Assembly (NCBI GenBank): GCA_965223905.1
Contig: CBDCXV010000001.1
Location: forward strand, 1,280,001-1,344,000
Reading direction: 5' to 3'
Length of the DNA: 64,000 nt
Source: Candidatus Latescibacterota bacterium
GTDB taxonomy: Bacteria; Latescibacterota; UBA2968; UBA8231
Position numbers and translations under genes: made by a program. Shown one piece after another: positions 19,950 through 30,350 of the stretch. A model generated the notes under the pieces. The model did not search any database. It saw nothing but the letters and a program-made list of their open reading frames with translations, and was not told where the DNA came from. Position 1 is the stretch's first letter. The number at the start of each line of letters is the position of its first letter.

Positions 19950-21455
19950 TCAGCCCGTGGCTTCCTCGAGCAGGCGAACCACTTCCCGCTTGTCTTCGGC
20001 ATCGTCGTCTGCCCACCGCGCCCAGTCGAGGGGCGTCGACCCCCACTGATCCGGCCTGTTCGGGTCCGCCCCTCTGCCGAGCAGAAGCCGGACCGCCTCG
20101 AGTCGAGTGTTGCCCGCGGCGTGATGCAGGGGAGTCGCTCCTGTGTCGCCACGCCACCAGAATCGCACGGACAGGGAGTGTACGTCGACATCCCGGTCCA
20201 GCAGGAACTCGAGCGCGTCAGCGTGCCCGCTTCTGGCAGCGAGAGTAACGGCCTCTATCAGAACGTCCTCGTCCTCGACCGGAATGTGGACCGTGGCTGG
20301 AAGGTGTGGGATGAAACCACTGTGGGCATCGGGAGTGAGACTGCCGTCCTCTCCGAAGAACCTGGGCATGACGTCCGTCCGGCCCAGGCCGGCCGCGGTG
20401 CGCAAATCGAATGTGGCCCCGTGGGAGAGCAACAGCTCCGCCAGCTCGTACTCCTGATGCCGCACAGCCGCCCACAGGAGATACCCCCTGCGCTCGTCGG
20501 GATCGGCTCCCGCATCGAGCAGCAGGCGCAACAGTTCCTCCCTGATGCCCAGCCACCCGGTCTGGCGGCTGTCATGGACGAGCGAAAGCGCAGCGATGGA
20601 GTCGACGGTGACGGCGTTCGCATCGGCTCCCGCATCGAGCAGCAGCTGCGCCATGCGCACCACGTCGCCCTTCAACTCGCCTCGATGCAGAGGCTCCCCG
20701 GCCAGCAGGTGAAGCAGCGATGCGCCGCGGAAACCGGCGTACTTGTAGTGGGGATCCAGGTACCCCCGTGCGCGGGCGAGGCCGGGATGTTGTGCGAGCA
20801 GGTCGGAAAGGGCAGTCGTGTCGCCGCAATCGACGGCCTGTACTGCCTCGTAAAAAAGCGGGTGCTCGCCATCCGTGCGACGGGTCGGCTGCGTCGGCAA
20901 CTGCTCACCTTTGCGCGGGATGGCGTAGGCGGCGAATTCCGCGGGGGTGTCTTCGTCGCCCAGGGGCACGACGATATACTGCCGACCTCCGATGGCGTAC
21001 GACATGGGCGGACCACTGCCGTTGGCGGGAAGCTCCAGACGATGGATCAGCCAGCCGCCCATCGTCGAGATCAAAGGCCCACAGTAGGGCTCGGGGTCGA
21101 TGTAATGGTGGCCGTGGTACCGCCACCGGCGCGGATCGAACGGCTGGTCGGTTATGGCGAAAAGCAGTGTTCTGGTGGCCATCGGCATGATGCGAGTCGC
21201 CGACCCGAGCGCAGGCAGGTCGAGTTCGCGGAGCTCGGGATGGTCGGCCGGCCCTTTGCCGATGGGCCTCATCCAGCGGTGATCTCCGGTGTTGAGGTCG
21301 ATGGCGACGATGCGGCCGTACGGAGGTTTGGTCAGCGGCAATCCCCGCGGCCCGCGCACCTCCCCGGTATCGCCGGTGAACCCATGCGGATGCTCGTCGT
21401 TCTCTTCTATTTCCGCGAGTATGGGTTTGGTCTGGGAAGAGACGTAAATCCACCC
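19950..21455 (-). pseudogene. 5'-truncated PQQ-dependent dehydrogenase C-terminus fused to ankyrin repeats
   Basis: GWIYVSSQTKP, LPLTKPPYGRIVAIDLNTG, PMSYAIGGRQYIVV, then LLLDAGAD, TPLHHAA, GSTPLDWA; stop at 21456-21458 and no N-terminus. Confidence 0.75.
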
Positions 21456-21945
21456 CTAGGGGGAACGGATGGGGGGTGCAGCCTGGCGCAGAGCCGACAC
21501 TCAGGTCGGCTGCGAAGTGCAGGCGTGCGTTGCGAGCAAAGACAGAGGCCATCGGCGTTGTTCCTCACTGGCTCCGGAATGGAGCCCGGTTCTGTTGCAT
21601 CGGGATCTTGCGACTAAAAGCAGCAGGCGGGTGTGCAACAGTGGCAAGGAGAACGCGGGCTCGCGCTGTCGCCCGGGTCGAACCAGGAAGGGTGAAGTGC
21701 TGACCGCTCCCTGCGGCGGCGGTCGCCACAAGTGCTCCGGGCGCCCATCGAGGAACGTCGCAAACCAGACTGCGGGTGAGCCACCCGACCACGAGGAATG
21801 CGCCGCGTTCCGGACGGGAGCCCGGTGGACGAGCTGACGCCGTTGCGATCGGGGTCTCTCCAGCTCGGTCAGTTGGCGTGCGCCTCGCTGGGTCCGCCCA
21901 GGCTGTGCGGGCGGCCGGGAGCGGTGAAGCCGGGAGTTTTCGGGG

Positions 21946-23427
21946 TTACGCGATCTCTTCGAACGGGTACATCGGCCGGCGCCGGTATCGATACTCGAAG
22001 GTGCGCATGTCGGCCGCGGTGGCTCCGACCGTATCGACGCGGATCAGCTCGCTGCAGACCGGCCCGAACGCGGCTACCGGCGCGTGCACCCCCTTGGCGA
22101 CGATGATCTGAAAGTCCGCGGGGTCGAGCCCGATGCTGGTGACCATTCCGAGGCTGACCGGCACCGTGCGCAGGCTGGTCAGGCTGATGGTCAGGCCGGT
22201 GCCGGTGGTCACCACCGCGGTCGGCCCCATGTCGAAGCGGGTGTAGCCGCCGTGGCGGATCTCGCTCTCCTCGAACTTCCCCTCGTGCAGGCTTTTCACG
22301 GTGACCTCCGCGGTCAGCGGATCGCCGTGGCGGCCGTCGACCGTGCCCCCCATCGACAGCGTCAGGTGCGCCCCGGGGCCGGCTGCGCGCGCCCGTTCCT
22401 GGGATTCCGGGTCGTAGAGGCAGACGAACGCGGCCAGGTCCCCGCGCGAGTGGATCTCGTGCGCTATCTGCGTGCCGTCCGCCGCCGAGCCCCCGCCGAC
22501 GTTGTCCCCCATGTCGAGCAGGCAGACCGGAGGTTGGTTGGCGGCGGCCATACCGACCGCTTCCTCTACCGACAGGTACTCCCCGACGAACTCTGAGCGG
22601 TGCTCGACCATGTAGCCGGCGAGCTCGTCGGCCAGCTTTTGCGCCCCCTCCGGGTCGCCGTCGGTCGCGACGATGGCGGACGATCCCATCTCCTCGACGT
22701 CGGAGTAGGGGAATCCGAGCACGATCGAGTTGGAGAGCACCGGCTCCTTCCCGAGCTGTCCGTTGGCCAGCTCGTAGAGCGGCAGGCAGGGAGGCGAGGT
22801 GGTGTGCTGGCGCTCGATGTTGATGCCGAAGGGCGGGAAGGCGGCCCGCTGCACCGGCCGGATCTCACCGGCGAGGGTGCGCGCCATCAGGGAGGCCGCC
22901 TCGAGGCCGCGCTCCTTCTGGTCGAGGTGCGGGTTCGAGCGGTAGGCGATGGTCGCGTCGCACGCCTCGATCATGCGGGGAGACAGGTTGGCGTGCGGGT
23001 CGATGACGCAGACGATGGGGCATTCGGCGCCGGCGCCGGCGCGCAGGCGGGTGAGCCAGTGGCCGTCGAGATCGCGGTACTCCTCCCCTTCGCCGGCGTT
23101 GGCGCCGTGCGGCGACACGAGAAAGCCGTCGAGGGGACCGGCCTCGTCCAAGGCGGAGAACATCAGGCGCATCAGCTCGTCGCAGGTCTCCCTGGTGATC
23201 GTGCCGGATGGGGTGGTCGAGGCGTGGAAGATCGGCACCGCCTCGATGCCGGCGCGGGCCAGGCCCTCGAAGAAGCCGCTCCCCTGGTGCAGGACCCCTT
23301 CGAACTCCTGCCGCACCTCCTCTCCGAGGAGCAGGCTGTCGCGCCGGAAGGAGGCGATCGTCGTCGGGGTGTCGGCGAAGGTGTTGGATTCGTGGATCAG
23401 GGAGATGATGCCTACGCGGCGGGTCAT
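21946..23427 (-). CDS. M81 family metallopeptidase (MlrC-like)
   Basis: HESNTF, HGA, DPHAN, YRSNPHLD, DMGDNVGGG, RRPMYP. Confidence 0.93.
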   Translation of the reverse strand: MTRRVGIISLIHESNTFADTPTTIASFRRDSLLLGEEVRQEFEGVLHQGSGFFEGLARAGIEAVPIFHASTTPSGTITRETCDELMRLMFSALDEAGPLDGFLVSPHGANAGEGEEYRDLDGHWLTRLRAGAGAECPIVCVIDPHANLSPRMIEACDATIAYRSNPHLDQKERGLEAASLMARTLAGEIRPVQRAAFPPFGINIERQHTTSPPCLPLYELANGQLGKEPVLSNSIVLGFPYSDVEEMGSSAIVATDGDPEGAQKLADELAGYMVEHRSEFVGEYLSVEEAVGMAAANQPPVCLLDMGDNVGGGSAADGTQIAHEIHSRGDLAAFVCLYDPESQERARAAGPGAHLTLSMGGTVDGRHGDPLTAEVTVKSLHEGKFEESEIRHGGYTRFDMGPTAVVTTGTGLTISLTSLRTVPVSLGMVTSIGLDPADFQIIVAKGVHAPVAAFGPVCSELIRVDTVGATAADMRTFEYRYRRRPMYPFEEIA

Positions 23428-23609
23428 GGTCGTTTCATCCGGGTGGGGTCGCCGTCCCGGGAGCCGGCGATCCGGTTTGGGGGAAAGGAATTGGCATGGT
23501 TCCCGTGTACCTTTTCCTTACTTGAAATCGGGCGGCCGGCCGCGGCCGGCCCGCAAAACCTGGCCCAGTCCGCAGGCCGAATCAAACCGCGACGGGATGA
23601 GGCAACCGC

Positions 23610-24206
23610 ATGCAGAGACGGAAGATCAGGAACGGACGCACCGATGCAGGCCGGTATTTCCGGGACCGGAAGGAAGCGCAGCGCCGGGGCGAACACCGCG
23701 CCGGCCGCGAAGAGATCGAGGAGCTGCTGGCGCTGTCCCGCAGCGGCGACCCCGAGGAGCGGTTCGTCGCCGCGGACAACCTCTGTCCCTGCCACGTGCG
23801 CACCCGCATCGAGGAGGTCCAGGAGGCCCTCTACCGCCTGATGGAGGACCCGGACGCCAAGGTCCGCAGGGCGGCGTGGCATACCCTCCTGGACGGCGGC
23901 TACCCGAAGGATGATGCGCGCATGGAGGCCATCCTCAGGCGCGCGATCGCCGGCGAGACGGACAAGGTCGTGCGCAATCACGTCGAGGTGTTCGCACGCC
24001 CCCTGCGCGAGCGCGAGCGGTTTCTCGAAAAGGTGCAGGACCGGGCCATGACCGGGCGGCGCTACGGCGAGCGCGGCAAGTGCGACTTCTGCGGCGAATC
24101 GGACCGGCCGGTGCGCAGGGATTTCGACAATCCGCTCGCTTTCGGCGGAGAGGCGCGGCCCGCTCTTCTGTGCGAGGCGTGCGACCGGCCGCAGCAGGAC
24201 CGATGA
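23610..24206 (+). CDS. HEAT-repeat protein with a CPCH motif and C-terminal CxxC...CxxC zinc ribbon
   Basis: DNLCPCHVR, LMEDPDAKVRRAA, CDFC...CEAC. Confidence 0.7.
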   Translation: MQRRKIRNGRTDAGRYFRDRKEAQRRGEHRAGREEIEELLALSRSGDPEERFVAADNLCPCHVRTRIEEVQEALYRLMEDPDAKVRRAAWHTLLDGGYPKDDARMEAILRRAIAGETDKVVRNHVEVFARPLRERERFLEKVQDRAMTGRRYGERGKCDFCGESDRPVRRDFDNPLAFGGEARPALLCEACDRPQQDR

Positions 24207-25006
24207 CCGGAAAGGCGCGGGTCGGGATCGTCGGCTGCGGCTACATCGGCGGCGCCGTGTACCGCCACCTCGCCGGCAATCCCGGGCTCGGCCTGGAGGT
24301 GGCGTTCGTCAACGACATCGACCCCTCCAGGCTGGAGGGGATCCCGCCGCACCTGAAGCTTGCCGATCTCGCCGACTTCGGCCGCTCCAGTGCGGACCTC
24401 GTGATCGAGCTGGCGCACCCGTCGGTGTCGCGCGAGCACGGCGCCGCCTTTCTCGAGGTCGCCGACTACATGCCGCTGTCGCTGACGGCCCTGGCCGACC
24501 CCCGTCTCGAGGAGAAGCTGGTCTCCACGGCCGTAAAGAACGGGACCTCCCTCTACATCCCGCACGGCACCGCCATCGGCCTCGAGGCGCTGGAGGAGGG
24601 GCGGGATTCCTGGGAGGAGGTGACGTTCACGATGAAGAAGCCGGCCGGCAGCGTCGACCGCGGCGCCCTGCCGGAGGCCGCCCGGCAGGAGGAGGAGGAG
24701 GAGGGCGCCACCGTGCTATACGACGGCCCCACCCGCGGCATCTGCCCGCTGTTCCCCCGCAACGTCAACTCGCACGCCGCCGTGGCCCTTGCCGGCATCG
24801 GCTTCGACCGCACCCGCTCGCTCTTTATCGCCGACCCGGGCCTCGACAGATCCTCCATCCACCTGCAGGCGCGCGGCCAGGGGGTCGAGATGAGCCTGAC
24901 GCGCTCCAGCCCGATGACGGGGGTCAGCTCGCAGGTGGTGCTGAATTCCATCCGCAGCAGTATCGTCAAGGTCAAAGGAGCCGGCGGCAGCCTGCGAATC
25001 TGCTGA
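24203..25006 (+). CDS. nadX: Aspartate dehydrogenase family (DUF108)
   Basis: GCGYIG, IPHGTAIGL, YDGPTRGICPLFPRNVNSHA. Confidence 0.8.
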   Translation: MTGKARVGIVGCGYIGGAVYRHLAGNPGLGLEVAFVNDIDPSRLEGIPPHLKLADLADFGRSSADLVIELAHPSVSREHGAAFLEVADYMPLSLTALADPRLEEKLVSTAVKNGTSLYIPHGTAIGLEALEEGRDSWEEVTFTMKKPAGSVDRGALPEAARQEEEEEGATVLYDGPTRGICPLFPRNVNSHAAVALAGIGFDRTRSLFIADPGLDRSSIHLQARGQGVEMSLTRSSPMTGVSSQVVLNSIRSSIVKVKGAGGSLRIC

Positions 25007-25097
25007 TCGCGATGCCGGTGCCTGCCCGCCCATCCCGAGAGTCCGGTGCCCGTCCGGAGGTGCCGGCCGCCCCTGCGATTCGAAGGAATTGAAGCCC

Positions 25098-26081
25098 ATG
25101 AAAGCACTCGTTCTGCGCCGGGAAAACGGCGAGATCTTGTCGTCGGTCGAAGAAGTCGAAGAAAGCCGGCTGCCCGAAGGGGAGGTGGAGGTAGCGGTCG
25201 AATACTCCTCCCTCAACTACAAGGACGGCCTCGTCCTCAACGGCCTCGGCGGCCTCGTGAAGGAATACCCGCACGTGCCCGGCATCGATCTGGCCGGAAC
25301 GGTGGCGGCCAGCACCGACCCCGGCTTCGAGCCGGGAGACGCCGTGGTCTCGACAGGGTATCGCGTCGGCGAGCTGTATTGGGGCGGGTACGCGCAACGG
25401 GCGCGGCTCCGGGCCGCATGGCCGGTGAAGCTGCCGCAGGGGCTGTCTGCCCGCACGGCGATGGGCCTCGGGTCCGCGGGCCTCACCGCGGCGATCGCCC
25501 TCGAAGCGTTGGAAGCCCACGGCTTGGAGCCGGGGCAGGGAGAGGTGCTGGTAACCGGAGCCGCCGGGGGGGTCGGTTCCTTCTCGGTGCTGCTGCTGTC
25601 CGCCCTCGGGTACGAGGTGGTCGCCTCGACCGGGCGCGCGGAGCTCGGGGAGTATCTCGAAAGTCTCGGAGCGGCAATGGTCATTCCGCGGTCGGATCTC
25701 TCCGAGGCGACCGGCATGCCGCTCGAGAGCGCCCGCTGGGCCGGCTGCATCGACTCCGTGGGGGGCTCCACCCTGGCCCGGGTGCTGGCGCAGATGGACC
25801 ACGACGCCTCGGTAGCCGCGGTCGGCCTGGCCGGCGGCAGCAAGCTCGAAACCACGGTGATCCCCTTCCTGCTGCGCGGGGTCAACCTCCTCGGCATCGA
25901 CTCGGTGACCTATCCGGGGGAACGCCGCTTCCCGGCGTGGCAGCGGCTGGCCGAGGTGCTGCCGCTGGAGGGCATCGACTCGATCTGCACCGTGGCGGGC
26001 CTCGACGAGCTGCCGCGGCTGGGCCGGGAGATCCTCGACGGCAAGGTCCGGGGCCGGGTCATCGTCGACGTCAACGCCTGA
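25098..26081 (+). CDS. YhdH/AcuI acryloyl-CoA reductase family oxidoreductase
   Basis: YSSLNYKDG, PGIDLAG, VTGAAGGVGS, PFLLRGVNLLGIDSV. Confidence 0.93.
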   Translation: MKALVLRRENGEILSSVEEVEESRLPEGEVEVAVEYSSLNYKDGLVLNGLGGLVKEYPHVPGIDLAGTVAASTDPGFEPGDAVVSTGYRVGELYWGGYAQRARLRAAWPVKLPQGLSARTAMGLGSAGLTAAIALEALEAHGLEPGQGEVLVTGAAGGVGSFSVLLLSALGYEVVASTGRAELGEYLESLGAAMVIPRSDLSEATGMPLESARWAGCIDSVGGSTLARVLAQMDHDASVAAVGLAGGSKLETTVIPFLLRGVNLLGIDSVTYPGERRFPAWQRLAEVLPLEGIDSICTVAGLDELPRLGREILDGKVRGRVIVDVNA

Positions 26082-26163
26082 AGGTTCGCCCCCGGCAGGA
26101 CAACGGCCGGATGAACCGCTCCGGCGGAAAGAACCGATTGAAATCCTGAAGAAGAGAATCGCC

Positions 26164-28815
26164 ATGGCCGCAGCCACGACCGCTTCCCTCTGCTTCGCCG
26201 AAACTGACCTCCAACGTATCCCCGCAGGGCGACGACACCGCTCCGGGGACGCAGGCGCAACCGCTGGCAACCCTCGAGGGCGCCCGCGACCGGGTGCGGC
26301 AACTGAAAACCGGGGAGACCCCACTGACCGTCTGGTTCGCCGAGGGGACCTACTGGTTTGCCGCGCCGGTCGTTTTCTCCGCGGAAGACTCCGGCACCGA
26401 AGCGGCGCCCGTGACCTACCGGGCGGTTCCCGGGGCGGAGGTGCGCTTCAGCGGGGGGCAGCCGGTCGGCGGGTGGCGCCCGGTCACGGACGAGGGTGTC
26501 CTCGGACGCCTGCCCGCAGAGGCGCGCGCCCACGTGCTCGTGGCCGACCTGCGCGCCCAGGGGATCGAGGACTACGGCCGCCTCGGCCGGCGGGGATCCG
26601 CCTCCGGCATTCCCGAGAGGAGTACGGCTGGATCGAGGCGGAGCTGTTCTGGAACGACGAGCCGATGACGCTGGCGCGCTGGCCGAACGAGGGGTTTCGC
26701 GGCATCCACGAGGTCGAGGGGGAAGAGCGCATCACCATCGACAGCGACCGGCTCGAGCGCTGGGTCGGCGAGGCCGAGCCGTGGATCCTCGCCTACTGGC
26801 GCTACGACTGGGCGGAGCTGTACGAGCCGATCACCGGCTTCGAGCCGGGGCAACGGGTGCTGCTGCGTTCAGCCGACATCACACCCGGCTACGGCATCGA
26901 CCCGGGGCGGGCGCGGTGGTACGCCTTCAACCTGCTCAGCGAGATCGACCGTCCGGGTGAGTACTACATCGACCGCGGCAACGGCCTGCTCTACTTCTGG
27001 CCGCCCCCACCGTCGGGCGAGGCGGTACTGTCCCGTTCCGACGGACTGGTGCGGGCGGAAGAGCTGCGGCACGTGACCTTCAGGGGTATCGCGTTCGAAG
27101 CCTCGCGGGGAACGGCGATAACTATCGAGGGTGGAGCCGGCTGCGGGGTGGCCGGCTGCACGATCCGCAACAGCGGCGGCCGGGCGGTGCAGGTGAACGG
27201 GGGTTCGAACCATGAGATCTACGGATGCGACGTCTACCACACCGGCACCGGCGGTATCCACATGAACGGCGGAAACCGCGCCACCCTGACCCCGTCCGGA
27301 CACAGCGCCGAGAACAACCACGTCCACCACTACTCGCGGCGAAAGCGCACCTACCAGTCCGCCATCAGCACCTACGGCGTCGGCGGGCGCATCGCCCACA
27401 ACCTGATTCACGACGGCCCCCACATGACGCTGTCGGCAGGGGGCAACGACCACATCGTCGAGTACAACGAGATACACAACGTCGTGTACGAAAGCCGCGA
27501 TGCCGGGGCCTTCTACGTCGGCCGCGACTTCACCCAGCGAGGCACCGTGCTGCGCTACAACTACTGGCACCAGATTCTCGGCGCCGACGGGCACGGAGGC
27601 ATGACGATTTACCTCGACGACCAGCACAGCGGCCACGCCATTCACGGCAACCTCTTCGAGAGCGTGACCAACGCCGTCTTCATCGGCGGCGGAGTCGACA
27701 ACACGGTCACCAACAACGTCTTCATCGACTGCTGGACCGCGGTCCATCTCGACAACCGCGGCATGGGCTGGCAGAAGGGGATGGTCCAGGACACCTCGTG
27801 GACCTTCCACCAGGGGTTGCGGGCGGTGCCGTACAGGAGCGAGGTCTGGGCGCGGCGCTACCCGACCCTGCCGGGGATTCTCGACGACATGCTGGGGGTG
27901 CCGCAGCGCAACCTGTTTCGCGGCAACGTCAGCGCCGGCGGCATCTGGGACGACATCAACAACGCCACCAGGAAGTTCCAGACCATTGAGGACAACCTGG
28001 CCTTCGACGACGACCCGGAATGGGTCCGCCTGGTCAAGGACGACCGGGGCCGTCCGGCAAAGCTGGAGTTCCGGGACCCGGCCGCGGTATCGGAGATCGG
28101 GTTCGAGCCCCTGCCGCTTTCCAGGATGGGGGTGTACGAGGACGAGCGCCGTGCCAGCTGGCCCGCGGTCCACGAGGTGAGGCCGGTGCAGTTCCCCGAG
28201 CCGGTCCCGCAGGCCGACCTGCCCCCGGACCCGGTGTACACGGTCCCGCGCTCATCCGCGGAGATAACCGTGGACGGCGAGCTGCAGCCGGAGGAGTGGG
28301 GCGGCCTGTCGGCGGAGGCCGCCATGGTCCTCGAGGCGCACGTGTCGGGAGCCCTCGTCGAGCCGGCGGCGCGGGCGTGGCTGACCCATGACGGCGACGC
28401 CCTCAGGGTGGGCCTGGTCACTGAGCTCCCCGAAACCCGCGATCTCGGAACCATCTGGGGAAGCAGCGACGCGGTGGAGCTCGCCTTCAAGGCCGCGGAC
28501 GATCTCTTCGCGGAAACGCAGGTGCTGCGCGGCTACACCGAAGGGACGTGGGAGACCACGGACGAGACGGGCTCGAGCGACGAGGCGAGGCAACGGCTCG
28601 CCCGCGGGGTGAGGTACGGTGCCCGCCTCGGAGATGGCCGGTGGAGCGCCGAGTGGGAGGTGCCGCTGGCGAACCTCGGGATCACTCCGGGCGGGCGCAT
28701 CCGTTTCAACCTCACGGTGCGGCGGGTAAGCGGCCAGCGGTGGATCATGTGGAGGCCGACCAAGGGCCAGAGCTACGACGTCGATGGTGTCGGCAGTCTG
28801 TACCTGGCTCCGTGA
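26164..28815 (+). CDS. Secreted right-handed beta-helix protein with C-terminal CBM9-like domain; two compensating frameshifts near the 5' end
   Basis: MTLARWPN, SEIDRPGEYY, NxIH/IYLDD beta-helix motifs, ITVDGEL..WSAEWEVP; conserved-looking N-terminus (VSPQGDD..PLATLEGARD..EGTY..DSGT) lies in an alternate frame ~26215-26600. Confidence 0.8.
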   Translation: MAAATTASLCFAETDLQRIPAGRRHRSGDAGATAGNPRGRPRPGAATENRGDPTDRLVRRGDLLVCRAGRFLRGRLRHRSGARDLPGGSRGGGALQRGAAGRRVAPGHGRGCPRTPARRGARPRARGRPARPGDRGLRPPRPAGIRLRHSREEYGWIEAELFWNDEPMTLARWPNEGFRGIHEVEGEERITIDSDRLERWVGEAEPWILAYWRYDWAELYEPITGFEPGQRVLLRSADITPGYGIDPGRARWYAFNLLSEIDRPGEYYIDRGNGLLYFWPPPPSGEAVLSRSDGLVRAEELRHVTFRGIAFEASRGTAITIEGGAGCGVAGCTIRNSGGRAVQVNGGSNHEIYGCDVYHTGTGGIHMNGGNRATLTPSGHSAENNHVHHYSRRKRTYQSAISTYGVGGRIAHNLIHDGPHMTLSAGGNDHIVEYNEIHNVVYESRDAGAFYVGRDFTQRGTVLRYNYWHQILGADGHGGMTIYLDDQHSGHAIHGNLFESVTNAVFIGGGVDNTVTNNVFIDCWTAVHLDNRGMGWQKGMVQDTSWTFHQGLRAVPYRSEVWARRYPTLPGILDDMLGVPQRNLFRGNVSAGGIWDDINNATRKFQTIEDNLAFDDDPEWVRLVKDDRGRPAKLEFRDPAAVSEIGFEPLPLSRMGVYEDERRASWPAVHEVRPVQFPEPVPQADLPPDPVYTVPRSSAEITVDGELQPEEWGGLSAEAAMVLEAHVSGALVEPAARAWLTHDGDALRVGLVTELPETRDLGTIWGSSDAVELAFKAADDLFAETQVLRGYTEGTWETTDETGSSDEARQRLARGVRYGARLGDGRWSAEWEVPLANLGITPGGRIRFNLTVRRVSGQRWIMWRPTKGQSYDVDGVGSLYLAP

Positions 28816-28911
28816 GCAGGTGAGGTCCGGGGCAAGGTGGGTGCCGACCAAGGGTCAGAGCTATGATGTCGACGGTGTGGGCAGTCTGTATCTGGTTCCC
28901 TGAGCAGGTGA
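28755..28911 (+). repeat. 69-bp diverged direct repeat of the gene 3' end (28755-28823 / 28843-28911)
   Basis: 8 mismatches, 7 synonymous; both copies include the stop and GCAGGTGA. Confidence 0.95.
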
Positions 28912-29018
28912 TGAATCGGCAAATTCAAAGACCGTCACATCAACTATCTTATTCACGTCTAATTTGAAGAATCGCTCGATGTGCGAGGGCGTCGCCACCG
29001 CCTGTTGAGGAGAATGGG

Positions 29019-29684
29019 ATGAGCACCACCATCCATACCATAGAGGACTTGATCCAGGTCCTGGACGAAAACCCCCAGTGGCTCGAGGCCATGCGCGCCC
29101 GGCTGCTGACGCGTGAGCTGATCGAGCTTCCCGAAAAGTTCACCCTGTTCGTCGCGGAGGTGACCAGCTTTGTCGCGGAGGTGAGAACCTTTGTCGCAGA
29201 GACGAACCGGCGCCTCGACAGTCTCGAAACCGGGGTGAAGTCCGTCCAGAACGATACAGGCCTTCTCAAGGGGATCCTCGCCCGCAACGCCGCTCTTGAG
29301 GAGGTTACCGATGTCGCCCGGGAGATGAGCCTCTGGAGGACCAAAAACCTCACCCGGGACGACCTGTGGGACCTGATCGACCAGGCCGACACGTCGGGTA
29401 TCCCCACCAATGAGCTGAGAAGCTTTCGCCGGGCGGATCTGATCATGGAGGCGACGGACCAGGAGGGCGCAACCTGCTACGTCGCCGTGGAGATCTCCTA
29501 TACGGCCAACGGACGGGATACCACCCGGGCGCTCCGCAATGCCGGGTTCCTGACGAGGTTCACCGGCAGGCGCTCCCATGCAGCTGTTGCGGGTCTGTTC
29601 CGGGATGAACGGATCCAGGACCTCATCGACTCGGGCGAAGTGGCCTGGTATCGACTGGATCCCCAGATCCTGGAAGCGGAATAG
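29019..29684 (+). CDS. Coiled-coil heptad-repeat protein with PD-(D/E)xK-like C-terminus
   Basis: MSTTIHTIEDLIQVLDENPQW; three 21-bp repeats at 29148-29210; ADLIM...VAVEISYT; RBS GAGGAG. Confidence 0.75.
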   Translation: MSTTIHTIEDLIQVLDENPQWLEAMRARLLTRELIELPEKFTLFVAEVTSFVAEVRTFVAETNRRLDSLETGVKSVQNDTGLLKGILARNAALEEVTDVAREMSLWRTKNLTRDDLWDLIDQADTSGIPTNELRSFRRADLIMEATDQEGATCYVAVEISYTANGRDTTRALRNAGFLTRFTGRRSHAAVAGLFRDERIQDLIDSGEVAWYRLDPQILEAE

Positions 29685-29779
29685 CTGACCCGGCTGTCCC
29701 TCCAGCCGTCCGCGGCTGAAACCCCGCCCTCCGGGTAACAGTCGCCGCAGAGCGACGACCACCCCATCCAATACGCGGT

Positions 29780-30343
29780 TCAGTAGTCGGCGAGAACCTC
29801 GTCGACGTCGCGCGCGGCATTGTCGAGCGCCTGTTTCGGCGTCGCCATTCCCGAGAACGCCTCGTTGACGGCCTCGGCGAGGCGGCGGGCGATCTGCGAG
29901 ACCGCCGGGTGCGGCGGCCACCCGAGCGCGCGCGTCCCCTCGTCGGCCATGACGTCGATGTCGATGTACCCCTCGAACGCCCTGGTTTCGAAGGCCGACT
30001 TCTGGGTCGGCAACCCCGACTGCTCCGGGTCCGCGGTCTGCCAGACCGGGTCGTGCACGTAGAGCTCCTTGAGCACCGCCCAGGCCGCCTCCGGCACCCG
30101 GGTGTAGGCGGGAATCGCCACCATCACCACGTCGATCAGGGTTTTGGGAGGACGCGGCTCCAGCGGGTCGGGGGGAACCGGCAGCGGCCGCAGCATCAGT
30201 GGCCCCTCGATGGACAGCAGGGCGCGCTCCGATACCCAGTGGGCGCAGTTCTCGTGGAAGGCGTAGGCGGCGTTCCCCTCCGGCACGAACCCGCGATCCT
30301 TCAGATCGACGAGGAACTCGAGGGTCGCGACCCCGGCGGTCAT
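29780..30343 (-). pseudogene. Truncated sugar ABC substrate-binding protein (C-terminal part)
   Basis: PEAAWAVLK, LPTQKS, TPKQALDNAA; 187 aa, no signal peptide. Confidence 0.6.
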
Positions 30344-30350
30344 CGACCGC

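Noticed and set aside
19720-20049. Small lipoprotein gene
   Set aside because: Only the first ~38 codons look like a lipoprotein start (GAAC); the rest looks non-coding and overlaps the ankyrin gene, so it is at most a remnant.
28755-28911. Diversity-generating retroelement VR/TR pair
   Set aside because: Mismatches are C/T and C/G, mostly at third positions, not adenine-specific, and no reverse transcriptase is in the window.
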